Positions 63,276-64,000 of a DNA stretch of 64,000 nt are shown here, in pieces (positions within the stretch are counted from its first letter, which is position 1; every line of letters begins with the position of its first letter). The stretch comes from an uncultured archaeon (lineage in GTDB: Archaea > Thermoproteota > Bathyarchaeia > Bathyarchaeales > Bathycorpusculaceae), in assembly GCA_963782915.1 (NCBI GenBank), contig CAWALK010000018.1, positions 64,001 to 128,000 on the forward strand, given 5' to 3'. The translations under genes were made by a program, and so were the position numbers. The notes beneath the pieces are model-generated. The model did no database searches, was not told where the DNA came from, and saw only the letters and a program-made list of their open reading frames with translations.

Positions 63276-63935
63276 TCAGTAGGTTTGTTTCTCTGCTTGG
63301 GATGCAGGGTTTGCGGGCATTCCTGGGGGTAGGTCTGGGAATTTGTCTTTGATTTTTTGCTCTGCGACTGTTGCTGCTTCAGTTAGGATCTTTGATGCGT
63401 CCTCGTTTACTGAGTCGAAGTTTAGTGTCATTCCGCTGCCTTGGCCTGCTTCAATCATGATTCCGCTGAGCATGTTTCCGATTTCGCCGAGTTCACTTTC
63501 TGCTTCTGGGAATACACTGACTAAGCCTGATCGGACTGAGCGTAGTACACCGACGGCTGGGCCGAGTGTTGAGACTACGTCGCCTAGTTCTGATACTGTT
63601 CGTAAGCGTAATGTGATTTGTTCGAGTGCGAGTTTTGCGTTCATGATGAGTTTGCTCATCTTTCTGACTTCGGCTAGTTCGTTTGCGAATACGTTTGCGC
63701 GTGCGCTGTCGTGTTTTGTGTATGCATCGACGATTCTTGCGAAGATTGCTTTATCGCGTTGGCTGAATCTGTCGGTTGCTTGGTCTAGTTTTTGAACTTG
63801 GAGTTCTATACGTCTGACTGCAAAGTCAAGTCGTGGTTTGAGTGGTCCTGGGGGGTTAACTGCGTCTTTTATGCGGTCCCCAAATGCCTGTTCGTCCCGT
63901 TTTGCTTCCCACTTTTTAGCGAATCTTTCTGACAT
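63276..63935 (-). CDS. cdvB1: ESCRT-III paralog (CdvB1/B2-like, no winged helix)
   Basis: ANELAEVRK, LALEQI.LRL.TVSELGD, KIL.EA..VAE, FPDLP. Confidence 0.8.
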   Translation of the reverse strand: MSERFAKKWEAKRDEQAFGDRIKDAVNPPGPLKPRLDFAVRRIELQVQKLDQATDRFSQRDKAIFARIVDAYTKHDSARANVFANELAEVRKMSKLIMNAKLALEQITLRLRTVSELGDVVSTLGPAVGVLRSVRSGLVSVFPEAESELGEIGNMLSGIMIEAGQGSGMTLNFDSVNEDASKILTEAATVAEQKIKDKFPDLPPGMPANPASQAEKQTY

Positions 63936-64000
63936 TATTATTACCTCTGTTACTCCACAGAATGCCGAAAAGTGAGTTATACATTGTTAATATGATGAAA

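Noticed and set aside
1-64000. tRNA, rRNA or CRISPR features, and the many short antisense ORFs in the track
   Set aside because: No cloverleaf, rRNA or repeat-spacer pattern recognised by eye; the antisense ORFs overlap well-supported genes and lack motifs.

Overview
Archaeal chromosomal window, most likely Bathyarchaeia/TACK. This is inferred from the cdvB1-cdvA-cdvB-cdvC cluster, the PolB2 cassette, GGAGGTG-type SD sites, BRE/TATA promoters and the DUF2206/DUF1616 glycosylation locus. About 1-32.6 kb is a mostly minus-strand surface-polysaccharide/EPS locus: flippase, many GT2/GT4, two DegT aminotransferases, FdtA, acyl- and methyltransferases, WbqC, a PIG-L deacetylase, a secreted GH5 and a large beta-propeller protein. 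About 33-58 kb holds housekeeping and accessory genes: a CBS-HPF hibernation-factor-like protein, pyrK/pyrD, a DHPS-like protein, an ECF S component, radical SAMs including LipS2-like, antiporters and the PolB2 cassette. It is followed by a decayed RelE-type TA pair, a complete ISH3-family IS and the Cdv/ESCRT division operon. Many genes are split by single-base indels, which looks like unpolished long-read error. The most striking unexplained signal is a dispersed bipartite non-coding element. Two conserved ~40-bp TATA+G-tract boxes (A and B) lie in direct orientation around a ~135-147-bp divergent interior. It occurs at four loci (22.4, 34.2, 40.9 [A boxes only] and 59.9 kb), and the IS is inserted exactly into one box. 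An unannotated 16-aa Lys-rich micro-ORF with its own promoter, SD and terminator was also found. All family assignments come from motif recognition by eye, not from database searches.
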